Shown: one piece after another, positions 42,780-56,390 of the stretch
Position numbering within the stretch: position 1 is the first letter of the stretch
Layout of the letters: each line of letters begins with the position of its first letter
Source of the DNA: Octopus sinensis
Lineage: Eukaryota
DNA length: 64,000 nucleotides
Assembly (NCBI RefSeq): GCF_006345805.1
Contig: NC_043019.1
Location: forward strand, 16,801,360 to 16,865,359
Direction of reading: 5' to 3'
Notes under the pieces: model-generated
Told to the model about the DNA's origin: nothing
What the model saw: only the letters and a program-made list of their open reading frames with translations
Databases searched by the model: none
Made by a program: the position numbers and the translations under genes

Positions 42780-43492
42780 GGCACATAAAAACACCATCCG
42801 AAGACCCGGCAAGACTAGTCAGGCCATAACCCATGGCCCCTACCTGGGACGTAGTCAGTCCACCTGTGCATACCTTCCTTCTTGTGACACTTGTGAAGAC
42901 CTGCTGAGGCAAGTGAAAATCAAAACAAATCAAAATAGATGAACATCAATGGAATTCGTATCTTTGTGGTACCAGTGCCGGTGGCACGGGGCACATAAGA
43001 AAACCATCCGAACGTGGCCGTAGCCAGTACCGCATCGACTGGCCTCCGTGCTGTGGGCACGTAACAAGCACCATCCGATCGTGGCCGTTTGCCAGCCTCA
43101 TCTGGCACCTGTGTCGGTGGCACATAAAAACACCATCCGAGCGTGGCCGTCTGCCAGCCTCGTCTGGCACCTGTGTCGGTGGCACATAAAAAACACCATC
43201 CAAGCGTGGCCGTCTGCCAGCCTCGTCTGGCACCTGTGTCGGTGGCACATAAAAAACACCATCCGAGCGTGGCCGTTTGCCAGCCTCGTCTGGCACCTGT
43301 GTCGGTGGCACATAAAATCACCCACTACACTCTCGGAGTGGTTGGCGTTAGGAAGGGCATCCAGCTGTAGAAACACTGCCAGATCTGACTGGACTGGTGC
43401 AGCTTTCGGGCTCCCCAGACCCCAGTTGAACCGTCCAACCCATGCTAGCATGGAAAGCGGACGTTAAATGATGATGATGATGATGATGATAA
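42780..43492 (+). mobile_element. Long copy of the (GAT)n-tailed SINE family with an internal 62-63-bp tandem array
   Basis: GTGGCCGT anchors at 43081, 43143, 43206 and 43269, followed by the conserved GTTGGCGTTAGGAAGGGCATCCAGC core and the GATGAT tail. Confidence 0.85.
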
Positions 43493-46400
43493 ACAGGTTA
43501 CACATTTACCTTGTTTCAATTAAAATACTCTATCAAGGAAAAAAAAATGAGCTGGTGTCGTTTGCACAGATATAGGGGCTATATTGTTTTGTCAATGAAT
43601 ATGGTATTGGGGCTGTCGCTATATTATTTTGATGAAGAAGAGTCGTGCCTGTAACATTTCCATATCTGACGAGACTTGTGAAATCCTGTTTATATGATTG
43701 GTTCCAAATGGTTCAAACTGTCTCGGTTGGTCTGTGTAGAAAGAGAACTCGCAGGAGGAGGAAGTTCCAGAGGTTTACAATACTGGGAAGAAAATAATAG
43801 GTTTTGGAAGGGTGATACAACTGGGAGGACATTGGGGTTTCTGTGATGTTGATAATTCAGAGGACCATAATACAGCAGAAGAGAGAAGTAACCTGCTTAA
43901 CTCTGGATCAGCCCTGATTGAGCAGAATCTATGATGAAAAACTTTCCAACCATGAACACCAATCGTAATTTTAAACATGGGATACTATATAGTTATAAAT
44001 GTGCCATATATCTATTTTTTTAAAAGATAGTTAATTGTAATCGCTGCTATTTTTGGCAGGTCAAGTGACCCATGTTGGCTTAACAGAAGCAGGGCATCTC
44101 AGAGAAATTAAAACAAAATTGCTTTTGGAGTCCACCACCATCTGAATGGAGTTGGAGGAGGTTCCTCTCAGAATTCAAGGAGTTTTGAGCTGCTTCTTTT
44201 TTTCTTTAGGGTGGTGCCTAGCAGATAGGCATGGGCCTCTCCTTGGTTCTTCGGGCTTCTGGAGTGACATACCAGCAGAACATCCCTCTCATAGACCCTA
44301 AAGTGTAGTAGTAGTAGTAGTTTAATTTTAGGCCATCCCTTATAAAACCAGTTTCTGAACAGAGATATTCCACCCATGACATTCCCATTATTTACCAGGC
44401 ATAAAATAGCTTGAACTACATTATCCAAAGTGTTCTTTTATTTAAGATGACTGTGATTTGAGGGAGATTTCTTGCAGGTCAAGTGGCAACAAGAGAGGCT
44501 GTTTATCTTAGCTATGATAGGTATGGTGTGGTGGTCATGGTTTGTTAATTAATTGGATAGAATTGATGTTAAACACTTCATTGCTACTTTCTTTTTATGT
44601 CTGCGTCACAATCTCGCATATCTACCAAACCTGCTTCACCATCCCCGCCCAGAGCCACTCCCTATATTTCTCACCATCTCCTGCTCAGTCACCTCTTCCC
44701 ATCTCCCTTCACACTTTTATGTGACAGCCCCTTCTGTTGCCTCTGCTCACTCACCCTGTCCAAACCTCTGTCCCACTTATACTCATCTCCCAATGCATCT
44801 CCATCACCATCTTTCTGTCTCTACCTGTCCTGTCTTCCTATCTTTCTCCCTTGCTCTATCTCCCTCTTTTCTCTCCTTTCCTTTCCAACTGGGGTAGCCA
44901 TAGCAAGATACTTATTTTTTATCCCTATTTTAATTTCCCAATAGGTACAAAGTCGCTCCATCAATACTACTTCTCTTCCCTCTTAAGGGGATCTTTGTCT
45001 TGCAATTAGTTGGTGACCCCACTGATGCTGGTGCATAGAAAGCATCCTGTCCACTCTGTAAAATGGTTGCATCCATCTGTAGAAACAATTCCAAAAGAGA
45101 CAAGGGAACCTGGCAAAGTCTTCTGGCTTGCCAGCTCCTCCTGTCAAACAGTTCAACCCATGCCAGCATGGAAAACAGACATTGAGTGACGAAGAGTAGG
45201 ATGCCATGCATTGGTAGCGATAAGGGCATCTCAGCATAGAAAAACTGCCTCAAAGACTCGGTCTGACCCATGTGGTATGGAAAAGCGAACATTAACATGA
45301 TGATGATAATGATTGACTTAAAGAGCCATGAAATAAATTTATTTAACAAAAATCATTTCATAAAATTGTTGATGAGGAGCAATGAAGCATTCATTGTGAT
45401 TATTGAAAAACAGGTTTTGCTCAAAGCACCATCGTTTGATTAGACTTTGTAGACAATTTAGAATAACTTCTCATTAAGTGAGCCAAACGTTTTTTTTTTA
45501 TGTTAAATTAAAATTTCACTGATAACAAAGAGGAGAAAATCTTTAGTTTTAATGATTTTGCAATGAGAAGTCAAATAAGATTGAAATACATCTAAGTTTA
45601 TCACTACCCAACATCAACCCTTATTCTTCATTGAATGTCTCCAATTTGGACTTCAGAGTTTTCTCCCTTACATTGTTTCATTTTTTTTTTTTTTTAATCC
45701 GAATTAATCGTTAGTCCTTTTCAACCCAACCCTATGAGAGACTACTTTCGATTCTATTATACAAAATTCATCATCATTTCTTTAACAATCATTGTCCATG
45801 GGTTGGACATGTCAAATTTCCATTTATTGTAATTCTCCAGAAATAATGGAAATTTGTAATGTGATGTCTGCAGATAAAAACATTTGTAGAAAGTTAATGC
45901 ATCCCTATTTTTCTGATATTTTTACTAAACCTTTGATAATGATGGTTTTATGTTGAATTTTAATCTTATCAGGGTTTTTTTTTTTTTTTTACTACAAAGG
46001 AATACACTTGGAGAAGAATATTTCTTAATCCAACCAGCAACGTTTTTGTTAAAAAGCAAAAGAACTGTAATTTGAAACATTCCAATTGATCCAAAAGCAA
46101 AACAATTTTGTTTTTTGTGTTTTTTTTTTAAAAATGGAAAAAAGCAAGTTTGTAAGTATGTTTTCTTTCTGTCTTTCTATCAATGACACTTTCAAACTGA
46201 CTTATGGCATTGTTTTTCGTCTTTTGAATGTTTATTCGGTTTTGGATGCGTTTCTTTTTGGCTTTAATCAGTTGTTAATAATAACGATAATCTTTTCTAC
46301 TATAGGCACACGGCCTGAAACTTGATGGTGAGGGTAGTGGGGGGGGTCTAGTTGATTACATCAACACCAGTACTCAACTGGTACTTATTTTATCAGTGCT

Positions 46401-47022
46401 GAAAGGATGAAGGCAAAAGTAGACCCCGGCAGAATTTGAACTGAGAACACAAAGACAGATGAAATTCTGCTGAGTATTTTGCATGGAATGTTAATAATTG
46501 TGCCAGCTCACCACCTTTGAGCAGGATGGACCACTTGACCTGAAGAAAATTTCAACTGGCCCCCCCCCACCTGCAAGGTCACGTGCTGTTTATCTTGTAC
46601 CAATCAGTACCATCAAATGCAGTACTTGACTGGTTCTTTCTTTTATTGCCGTGGAAAGGATGAAATGACAAAGTTGAGTTGAGAACATTGAGAGATTTTA
46701 CTAAATACTACAAGGTATCTTATCAGCTGCTCCAATGATCCTGTCATCCACCAAATAATAATAATCCTTTCTATCGGTAAAAGGCTTGAAATTTTGAGGG
46801 AGGGGACTCGTTGATTACCTCAACCGTAGTGTGTAACTAGTACTTATTTCATTGACCCTGAAGGGATGAAAGGCAAAGTTGACTTCAGTGGAATTTGAAC
46901 TCAAAATGTGAAGGTGGACAAAATAAGAGAATTATTTTGAATATTTTCATGTTTTGACTTTGCCTCCATTCTGTTTTGGATGTTTGGATTTTAAATTTTA
47001 AAATCTTTTTATTATTTTTCAG

Positions 47023-47134
47023 AAAACAAGGACCTATTCATACAACTCCTTAATTACTTTGAAACCAAACACAGTGGTTGATGTGTATGGAATTGTAAAA
47101 TTTCATAAGTTGCCATTTAAAACCAAGGGCACTG
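47023..47134 (+). CDS. POT1: Protection of telomeres 1, OB1 exon (112 nt)
   Basis: TTTTTCAG acceptor. Encodes KTRTYSYNSLITLKPNTVVDVYGIVKFHKLPFKTKGT, matching human [35 protein letters not shown]. Phase-1 GT donor. Confidence 0.93.
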
Positions 47135-48516
47135 GTAGGGCCATTGTCATCTTCTTTTTTCGTGTGATTAATCCTTTATTATATCACTGACAACTATTTA
47201 TTCTTTAACTGTTATTAATTAAAAAGAGCTCTCTCAATATTTAATCCATTTTATATCTCTTAATTTCTTGAGTGATCATTTGTTTGGCCATACTGGGGCA
47301 CCATCTTCAAGGGTTTTAATTGATCACCAATCAACACACTCTCTCCCAGGTTATCTCTATTCCTACCCAACCCCTTGTCTTTAAAAACAAATCTGTTCCC
47401 CTTTGTGTCCTTAGGGTTTATTGCTCCTCTGCATCTGTTACATGCAATGTCCACTTCTCTGTTTGCCGTGGAAATGATGAAATGACAAAGTTGAGCTGAG
47501 AACATTGACTTCACTCATGTGTGTTCACAGTTTCTGTTGGGTGCACCATATGGAATTTCTGCTTATACCTTTCCTACATATCAGGCTGGGGTCACTTACC
47601 TGAAGTGGGTAGGGTCCTGTCTTTTCCAGCTTATTAGACTTTGATCTTTGCCTTAGTTGACTTTGAGGTGTTTCAATTTCAGGTTTTCCTTCTACACCTG
47701 GAATTTCTTTCCTGATTCTACTACAGATTCAGCTAAAATAAAAAAAAAAAAATTAAAAAAAGAGTTTAACAACCTAAAGCTGTTCCCATGGGCAAACAGT
47801 CTTAAACTCTTCTGTTATGGCCTGAAGGACTATAATGAATAAGAAGGGACTGAGAACTGAGCCCCAGGTGAACTTGTACCTGCACATTAAATTTATCACC
47901 CTACCACTATACTCCTCAATTCTCTCCTTACTGACAACCCCTATACATGGTTCATATGGTTCTCACACATTTTTGCTTTTTTTTTCATCATCATCATCAT
48001 TGTTTAACATCCACCTTCCATGCTGGCATGGGTTGGACGGTTTGAGAGGAGCTGGCCAGGCAGAAACCTGCACCAGACTTCTGTGACTGTTTTTGCAGAA
48101 TTTTTACAGCTGGATGCCCTTCCTAACACCAACCACTCAGCAGAGAGGAATTAGTGCTTTTTATGTGGTACAAGCACAGGCGAGGTCAGTTTTGGCAAGG
48201 TTTTTACAACTGGATGCCCTTCCAAATGTCAACCACTTTACAGTGTGGGCTGGATGCTTTTAAGTAGCACCTGCACTGACAGGGTCACCAAGTACCTTGC
48301 AAGACAAAAAAAGCTTTTGAGAGAGGACGGGGGGGGGGGCATTGGAAGAGGTGATCTTGTGTCAGATGATGAAAGATGAGAATGAGATACAGAGACAGAA
48401 ACAGGGGTCTTGCTGTAGGTGAGGTACAAAGTTACCTGGCCAGAGAGAGAGAGAAATCAGGATGTATTTTGAGAAATAGAAATAATTTTAAGAGTTTGTC
48501 TCTGATTATTTTTCAG

Positions 48517-48656
48517 ATTACTTGATGATTGTGACAATTGTTGATGAATCACTGATTCAAGCTGATGAAAAGTTAAAATGTTTGCTATTTGCACATGGTG
48601 AAGAAAGTTTACCCCAAGTCAAAATTGGTAGCATCGTTAGATTCCACAGATTACGA
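48517..48656 (+). CDS. POT1: POT1 OB1 exon (140 nt)
   Basis: Encodes (D)YLMIVTIVDESLIQADEKLKCLLFAHGEESLPQVKIGSIVRFHRLR. GTAAAT donor. Confidence 0.96.
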
Positions 48657-49509
48657 GTAAATATCCAAATCTTGTTTTTTCCTTTTTTTTCTTTTTTTTC
48701 CATAAATACTTTTGTTTCATTTTTTTCATTTTACAAGAACCTACCAATTGCAGAGACCATTGCTAAAAGTATAGGCGGCAATGATGGATTGCTGGAGCAA
48801 ATCCTTCAAGAAGCAAGAGATGATAAAGGCAGTAGCCATCTTTCTATCTATCTACCTATTTATGTCCAGAAAAGATGGAATGGTTACTACTGGAATGTCT
48901 TTGACCATTGGTCTGCTTGGTCAAGACTGACCTAGGGCCAAACAATGACTGTTATTATTAGACAGATCTCTATAGTTCCCTGTTTGGGTTGCTTGATTTA
49001 AAAGAGGTTATCACATAAGGGAGGCTACACTACTTTGATAACCTGCAGTACATTAGAATTGACCAAAGAAAAGAATCCGATTCCTGATGGATGGCACTTA
49101 CTCTCAGAGCTGTGAACTGGTTAATAGTCATTGAAAGTGTCTTGAAGCTTTTGCTAGATTTATCACTAGATACACGTGTTTTTCTAAATTTATCTCTGCT
49201 CATCTGATAAAAATGAGCTGTACACAGAATTGAAAAGGCTGGCTTTATTACATTCTGTATCACACCACATCTCTGCAAGAACTATGTTAAGGCTACATGT
49301 GTCTGTGGAGTGCTCTGTAACATGCACAGTAATGCCACCAGCAAAGCTGTTCCATTGATCAAATAGACTGGAATACACAATGTTGTAACTGATGGAATGC
49401 CAAAGAAGAAAGAACACACACACACACATACTGAAAATGTCATGTCCTTTACAACACTGAAACTATAAATGTGACCAATTCTTTAATAAATTATGGTTTG
49501 TGTTTCTAG

Positions 49510-49650
49510 GTTAATCTCCATAGTGGGGAATTGCAAGGATCGAGTGGAAAAGGTTTCTCCTGGTTGGTTGTTGATAGTCGAAGTGATGGCTGCCTAGTTC
49601 CTAAAGCTTCCAGTCTCAATTATACATTCACAGATGTTGACCGAAAGATG
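49510..49650 (+). CDS. POT1: POT1 OB1 exon (141 nt)
   Basis: Encodes VNLHSGELQGSSGKGFSWLVVDSRSDGCLVPKASSLNYTFTDVDRKM, matching human ETQG..GFASL...PRTSSKYFNFTTEDHKM. GTAAGA donor. Confidence 0.92.
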
Positions 49651-50692
49651 GTAAGAACATTACCGTGCTACAGATTATTCTCATTAATTTTGCTATTATT
49701 TAAGACAGATTATTTTAGAGATGTTTGAACCTAACTTATCACTACTACCAACAAGAATAATTTACCATGCATGTCTGTCCATATTGATCTGATTGATTTG
49801 GGATAAATTTGATTGAATATTCTCTTTATCATTATCATCATCGTACGTCTTCTGTTTTCCTTGCTGGCATGGGTTGGATGGTTTGACCAGAGCTGGCAAG
49901 GCTGGAGAGCCATACCAGTCATCTGTTTCAGCATGGCTTCTACAGCTGGATGCTCTTCCTAATGCCAACCACTTTGCAGAGTGTACATGGTTGATTTTTA
50001 TGTGGCACCAGCACGGTCAGGGTTACCCTGTAACTTGCAAATGCAAAAACCCCATCAACTTGGAGGAGGGAGTAGTAGTGACAGCGGTGGTAGCTTTGTG
50101 CCAATTAAAAGATTAGGGGTATCGAAGGACAGGGGTAGATGTCTTGCTGTAGAGTTGAAAAAGAATGGAGGATGACTTAAGTTTTCTTTCAAGTCCATCA
50201 TCAAGCCTTTTTCCAGTTATTCCATCCCAAGTTTTTCTGAAACTTAGGTTTGCTTCCATCTGCCATTTCTTCCCAATACCTTTTCCTTAAGCATCATTAT
50301 TATTATGGATTCCATTTTCTCATCATACGAAATCCGTTGTTGCAAGGATTTTACTAATCTTCCTCATACATTGACCTCCTCAGCTTTCCTTCTCTTCTCT
50401 CCTAACATCATTTGGAAAGGGAATTCTTTGACCTCTTTTTTGGAGTGACACAGTTCTATAAACTCGATTTTCTGTTACATTGAAGAAGACTACAATATCT
50501 CCAACACTAATTTGGAGATTGTAGTCACAGAACTTTGAATTGTGATCCTTAAAGCTGGGTTGAGAAAGGGAACTTTAAGTTGGAAAATATCTCTACTAAA
50601 GATGTGTTAAGAAGATCTTTAAGTGTAAATGACATATAAGAAAAATTAGGGGTTTGCTTCTATTTGAGTAAAATGCTGTTTGTCTTTTGTAG

Positions 50693-50803
50693 ATTGAAAG
50701 ATTGTTTTGTGTTAAACAGCAAAATCAAGAATTTAGGTGCCAAGATTTGGTAAAAAGTCTTGAACAACTCAAAGAAGGAATTTATTTTGATTTTGTTTGC
50801 CAA
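50693..50803 (+). CDS. POT1: POT1 OB1/OB2 junction exon (111 nt)
   Basis: TTTTGTAG acceptor. Encodes IERLFCVKQQNQEFRCQDLVKSLEQLKEGIYFDFVCQ (human QYFDLTCQ). GTAAGT donor. Confidence 0.88.
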
Positions 50804-52842
50804 GTAAGTTGACTTGTTCATTTTGAGTCTTTTTTTTCCTTTCTGGAATTTAATACAATTTTTCAACAAAAGGTGATTTTTTTTTTTTTTTTTTTTTTTC
50901 CACTTGTTAAACTTGGAATTCTGTTTCACTCAATCAATGTAACTGAAAGTTTGAAGTCATCATTTAATGTCTATTTTTCATGCTGACTGGACCTGATGAG
51001 TGTAGAGCTGTATCATGCTCCACTTGTCTGGTTTGGCACGGTTTCTACAACCTAAAGCTGTTCCCATGGGCAAGCAGTCTTAAACTCTTCTGTTATGGCC
51101 TGAAGGACTATAATGAATAAGAAGGGACTGAGAACTGAGCCCCAGGTGAACTCGTACCTGCACATTAAATTTATCACTCTACCACTATACTCCTCAATTC
51201 TCTCCTTACTGACAACCCCTATACATGGTTCATATGGCTCTCACTCATATTTTTGGGTTCTTTTCATCATCATGGTTTAACATCCACTTTCCGTGCTGGC
51301 ATGGGTTGGACGGTTTGAGAGGAGCTGGCCAGGCAGAAACCTGCACTAGACTTCTGTGCAGGAGGAGAGAGAAAGTGGGAGACAGCAGGATAGAGATGGT
51401 GGCAAAGTGCCAGGCATACTCACAAGGAACAGGGATCAGAATACAAATGGGATGGTTGAGTAAAGGAAGAGAGAGATAAAGATGGTGGCAAGTACCAGGG
51501 CATACCCTTGAGGTTCGAACATCATAATATAAGAGGAAGAATGATTAGAGAATGCAGAGGCGGGAGTGGCGAAAACTTGGGTATATTTAGTCAGTGGTAG
51601 GGGTACTAGACAGCAATGATACAGAAAAACAGGGCCATGAGGACAGGATTGGGGAGTGAGAGGTAGACATGGTGTTTGAAGGAGGAAGAGAAGAGATGTG
51701 GAAATGTAGACTGGTTTGTTGGGGTAGGATGAGTGGAAAGTTTTCTTGTTATGTGTGGGTGGAACACACAGGCCAGGGGCCAGCAGATAGCAATGATACA
51801 GTGAGACAGAGCATGTGGGTGGAACACACAGGTCAGAAGACATGATTGGGGGGTGGGGGGTAAGCCTAGTGCATGAAGTGGAAATGTGAGGAAGAGAAGA
51901 GATGTTTGGTTTGTTGAGATTAAGTGTGAGAAGTTTTCTTAAGTATGGGTGGGACACACAGACCTTCTGGAACTCAGTTTCACTCATGTGGGTGGGTCTT
52001 CTCAAGAACTTCATATTGCCAGGCATCCTGGTCCATTGCCATTTCCTCTGTGAGGCCCAGCTTCCTGAGATCAGTCCTTACCACTTCATCCCACATCTTT
52101 CTGGGTCTCCCTCTTCTGTGGGTACCATCCACTTACGGTAATTGGCATTTCTTTATGCAGCTGTCCTCAATTTAGTAAACTGAAGAGGATGAAAGTTTGT
52201 CCACAACTGGAACCTGTCCTTCTTAAGCACTTTATAAACAGTGAGGAGTCATCCCCTAAATTATTAACGTCTGTTTTCCATGCTAGCATGGGTCTGATGG
52301 TTTAATGAGATCTGACGAACCAGTGAACTGCATCAAACTCCACTGTTTAGGCATGGTTTTTACAGCTGAATACCTTTCCCAATGCCAACAGCTTTACAGA
52401 GTGGAGTGGGTCCTCTTTATGTGGCACCAACACTGACAGAGGTCACCAAGTGACTTATAAGTCAACTGAGGTGGGGAGAGAGGATATAGTGTAGAAGGAG
52501 GTGGTTTCATACAATGTGATGGAAGGAACTGGAACAAATATCTTGCTGTGGAGGAGGTATGTGTTTACCTCAGTTGGAAAGGAGAGACGATATCTCGGCA
52601 TGCACCCTCAAGTTGAACAAAGGTAAACAAGAGAAGCAGAATGGGTGGGTAGTAAGCCAATGGTTATCAGAAAAATATCACATCATAACTTCACTGAGGT
52701 GTATGGAATCCTAGAGAGACAATGAACTTGGCTATAAGTCTTTAGAATTGCATTCAGGTAGAATTTAATTTATTCAGTTAAGTTTTATTAATCAATTATT
52801 GTTTTTAGTGGAATATTAATTGTGGTCTTGAAACTGCTTTAG

Positions 52843-52916
52843 GTTGTGGCTGTGTCTGTTGTTGAAGAAGGCGTTTGCTTCTTAATTCAAGTCTGGGATG
52901 GCACCCGTCCTTCTTG
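52843..52916 (+). CDS. POT1: POT1 OB2 exon (74 nt)
   Basis: Encodes VVAVSVVEEGVCFLIQVWDGTRPS with the hallmark VWDGT motif. Phase-2 GTGAGT donor. Confidence 0.94.
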
Positions 52917-53929
52917 GTGAGTAAAGCAACTTTTTTTTCCTCTTTTCACTGCATTCAATCTGAGATTTAGTCTTCTTCATATCGGAAGAAGGCAGGGAGC
53001 TGGCATGTCAGACAAAATGCTTTGTTGCAATTTTTCCACTTCTTTACGTTCTGAGTTCAAATCCCACCAAGGTTGACTTTTTCTTTTATTGTTTTGGAGG
53101 GGTGGGGGGCAATGAAATAGAATACCAGTCATACACTGGGGTTGATGTAATTGACTTGCTGCCTCCTCAAAGTGATGGACTAGCATGTCCTGTTCAAGAA
53201 GAATGCTGTGATATCAGTCACTTATTCACCATGGGAACTGGCCTTAGGAGTCAGTCCTAGGGTTCAAGGAGAAAAAAGTAAAAACTCTTGTAAGAATGGT
53301 GCTGTGGAAGGTTTTGTTCGAATGAGTCTGTAACTTATTTTAATTCACTGTTGGAACCGTTTCTCCTTCATTATTAATACAAATTAAGAGAACTTGTGAC
53401 CCCCAACCCAAGTAAGCATTATTTCCTTGTCAACAATTCCTTTGATCAGGGTTCATCAAGAGCCTATGTTTTCAGAATCAAATTTCCACAAATTAGAATT
53501 AGTAATTTTTCAAACTTCAAAAGCAAGTAAAAAATGGAACACCTGACTAATAATATTTTGAAAAAAATCGAATGGCATTCACAGCTTGTCCATTGGCTTA
53601 GCTGTGGAGTGAAGAAGCTTGTTTTGGAATTCTATGTTTAGGAGTTTGGTGGATTGTTGGCATAAGACTCTTACTAAAAGTGGCATTTGCTTCTGGCTCA
53701 CCATGGAACGATGTCCAGGCTGTGTGCTCTTTAATAGACTGGGACATTATTATTACCTTGCTTAGAAGCAGGTGAGCATTGACATGAGGGAAAATGTCCA
53801 ACCATAGAAAAGTCTGCCCCAGTGTAGTTTTGTGTGAACCGTGCAACAAAGGAAAAGATGCTAAAATGATGATGAGGAGGAGGATGACAACACTGCTGCT
53901 GCTACTGCTCTTACATTTGTTTTGTTTAA

Positions 53930-55326
53930 CCCTGTCGTTACTAACCTGGCCGTAGCCGGCCGAAAAATATTTTGGTTCATAATACCAACCTGGCCAAGAG
54001 AACCTATTATTATTTAAATGTAAATTTGAACCCAAATCTCGTTGGTACATTCGTTAAAACACGTGATTTCACTTTGTAAATAGTCGGGTTATAATATCCA
54101 ACATTGCTTGACGTGATATCTCATCAACTCAGTGAATTTTGGGAAAGTTTTTTTCCACATTGTTTTCGGCATCGATTTTTCTTCAACTTTGAAAATGGAT
54201 AGGAGTTTCATGTCATCAAGCATTGATTCCGAACTTAAAGCTTTTTCAACGGAAAATAGGGAGATATCGAGAAAAAGAATGAATGAGGTACAAAAACACG
54301 TGGTGTACAAAATAATGAATAGGATGTTTTTTTTATCCGAAGAAACGAAGCGGCGATAGCGACAGCAAAGACAATTTTACATCGGAATGAAGTAAAAACT
54401 TTAAAAATGTTTTTATTAGCAATTTTTCTGGGGAGATAGTTTATCTATAGTCTTTCTTAGGAAGCGAAACCATTAGACTTTTATTTTTTTCAGTATGTTT
54501 GTTTGAAGCGATCACTGTGGAAGCAAACTGTTACGCAGAATGTAAACAAACACAAAATGGGGGATCAAAGTTTGGAAAATTTGTAAAGCAAATACTGAGT
54601 ACTGTTGTAGATTTAGTTTTTATACAGGGAAAATGTTAGTCAGCATGGCCTAGGGAATGATATGGTCTGGAATTTATTGTTTGAAGTGATCACTGCAGAA
54701 ACAAATTTACACGGAATGTAAACAAACACAAAATGGATCAAAGTTTGGAAAATTTGTGAAGCAAATACTGGGTACTGCTGTGGATTTAGTTTTTATACAG
54801 GGAAAATGTTAGTCAGCATGGCCTAGGGAACGATGTGGTCTGGAATTTATCACTTCCATACCATAACCAGGGCTGTATATTATTTTTTGACCGATTTCTT
54901 TAGTTCGGTCAAACCTACGGTGGATTCCAGTATTTCAGTTTATTCCACCTTTATGGTACACCTGTTGTGCATTAAATTCAACTGATGATCTAGTGATGTG
55001 CACAATTCTTCTTTATCAAAATTTTGTTGCATACCCATTTGAATATTAGCTGAGGATTCATTTTCTATGGTGATGTTTAAACAGAATTTTAATATTTTTA
55101 CCTTTTGCTCAATTTACCTGGATTTACCTGTAATTAAAGTCACTTTGAGACAAAAGTTATGCAATAGAATTTAGAACTCTTTCTTTAATTATGTTCCAAA
55201 TATCACATTGTTGATAAGTAAAAAAGTTAGTTATTTAATGAAACCAGCCTAAATTCATGATTATTTTAGAATTTAATTGAAACTGATGAAAGGTGTATTT
55301 TGGTCAGAAATACAGTAACGAAAGGG
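53930..55326. mobile_element. Non-autonomous piggyBac-type element (~1.4 kb) with an internal ~178-bp tandem duplication (about 54495-54850)
   Basis: TTAA|CCCTGTCGTTACT ... AGTAACGAAAGGG|TTAA: inverted termini and TTAA target sites at 53926 and 55327. Confidence 0.7.
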
Positions 55327-56179
55327 TTAATGTCTTTTCTGTCAGCATGGCTGAGATAGGAGTTAGCTGAGGCAAACTTTTTAAACCTGGACGGTCTTGT
55401 TGCTGTCAACCCTTACCTGTTTTACAAGTAAGGGATTATCTATAAATCCATTATTCTATTTAAATAGATTAAGGTTCAGGAAAGAAGCAATGTTTCTCTA
55501 GTGTTCATCATCATCATTGTTTAACATCCGCTTTCCATGCTGGCATGGGTTGGATGATTTGACAGGAGTCGGCCAGGCAGAAGCTTGCACCAGACTTCTG
55601 TAACTGTTCTTTCTAAAAATTGATTTTCATTTGTTCATTTTACTCTTTTTTACTCTTTTTACTTGTTTCAGTCATTTGACTGCGGCCATGCTGGAGCACC
55701 GCCTTTAGTCGAGCAAATCGACCCCGGGACTTATTCTTTGTAAGCCCAGTACTTATTCTATCGGTCTCTTTTGCCGAACTGCTAAGTGACGGGGACGTAA
55801 ACACACCAGCATCGGTTGTCAAGCAATGCTAGGGGAACAGACACACAAACATATTCACACACACTTATATATATATACATATATACGACAGGCTTCTTTC
55901 AGTTTCCATCTACCAAATCCACTCACAAGGCATTGGTCGGCCCGGGGCTATAGCAGAAGACACGAGCCCAAGATGCCACGCAGTGGGACTGAACCCGGAA
56001 CCATGTGGTTGGTTAGCAAGCTACTTACCAAACAGCCACTCCTGCGCCTAAAATTTGCCTCAGCTAACTCCTATCTCAGCCATGCTGACAGAAAAGACAT
56101 TAACCCTTTCGTTACTGTATTTCTGACCAAAATACACCTTTCATCAGTTTCAATTAAATTCTAAAATAATCATGAATTT
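55251..56179. repeat. Perfect 126-bp inverted repeat (55251-55376 vs 56054-56179) with a 677-bp spacer
   Basis: Base-by-base reverse-complement comparison showed no mismatch over 126 bp. Confidence 0.95.
55640..56046 (-). mobile_element. Full-length, little-diverged tRNA-headed SINE
   Basis: Reverse complement of the family at 26150-26555, complete from head to A-rich tail. Confidence 0.88.
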
Positions 56180-56254
56180 GTCAAATATTCCTTTAGAGTT
56201 TAGAGTTCAAAGGATTTTTTAACTCGGAATTCTATCTTTTTTTATATTTTTCAG

Positions 56255-56390
56255 TCCGCTCTTTACTGTTGAAGCAGCAGAAAGGAATCTGATTATGCAA
56301 ACTGACATGGAACTAAGGAAAGTGGCCAAAGATTGGTTGGTTGATGTCTGTGTCTTTGATGATCATTTTCAAAAAGCTGCGACCATTAAG
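56255..56390 (+). CDS. POT1: POT1 OB2 exon (136 nt)
   Basis: Encodes (C)PLFTVEAAERNLIMQTDMELRKVAKDWLVDVCVFDDHFQKAATIK (human TIDILVYDNHVHVARSLK). Phases 2-0. Confidence 0.92.

Noticed and set aside
48657-48935. Continuation of ORF 48522-48935 beyond RFHRLR
   Set aside because: Read-through into the intron: strong GTAAAT donor at 48657, T-rich low-complexity sequence, and POT1 homology resumes at 49510.
51436-52026. 196-aa minus-strand ORF, and similar ORFs at 44553-45009 and 62783-63074
   Set aside because: They come from purine/pyrimidine-biased low-complexity intronic tracts and have no domain signature.
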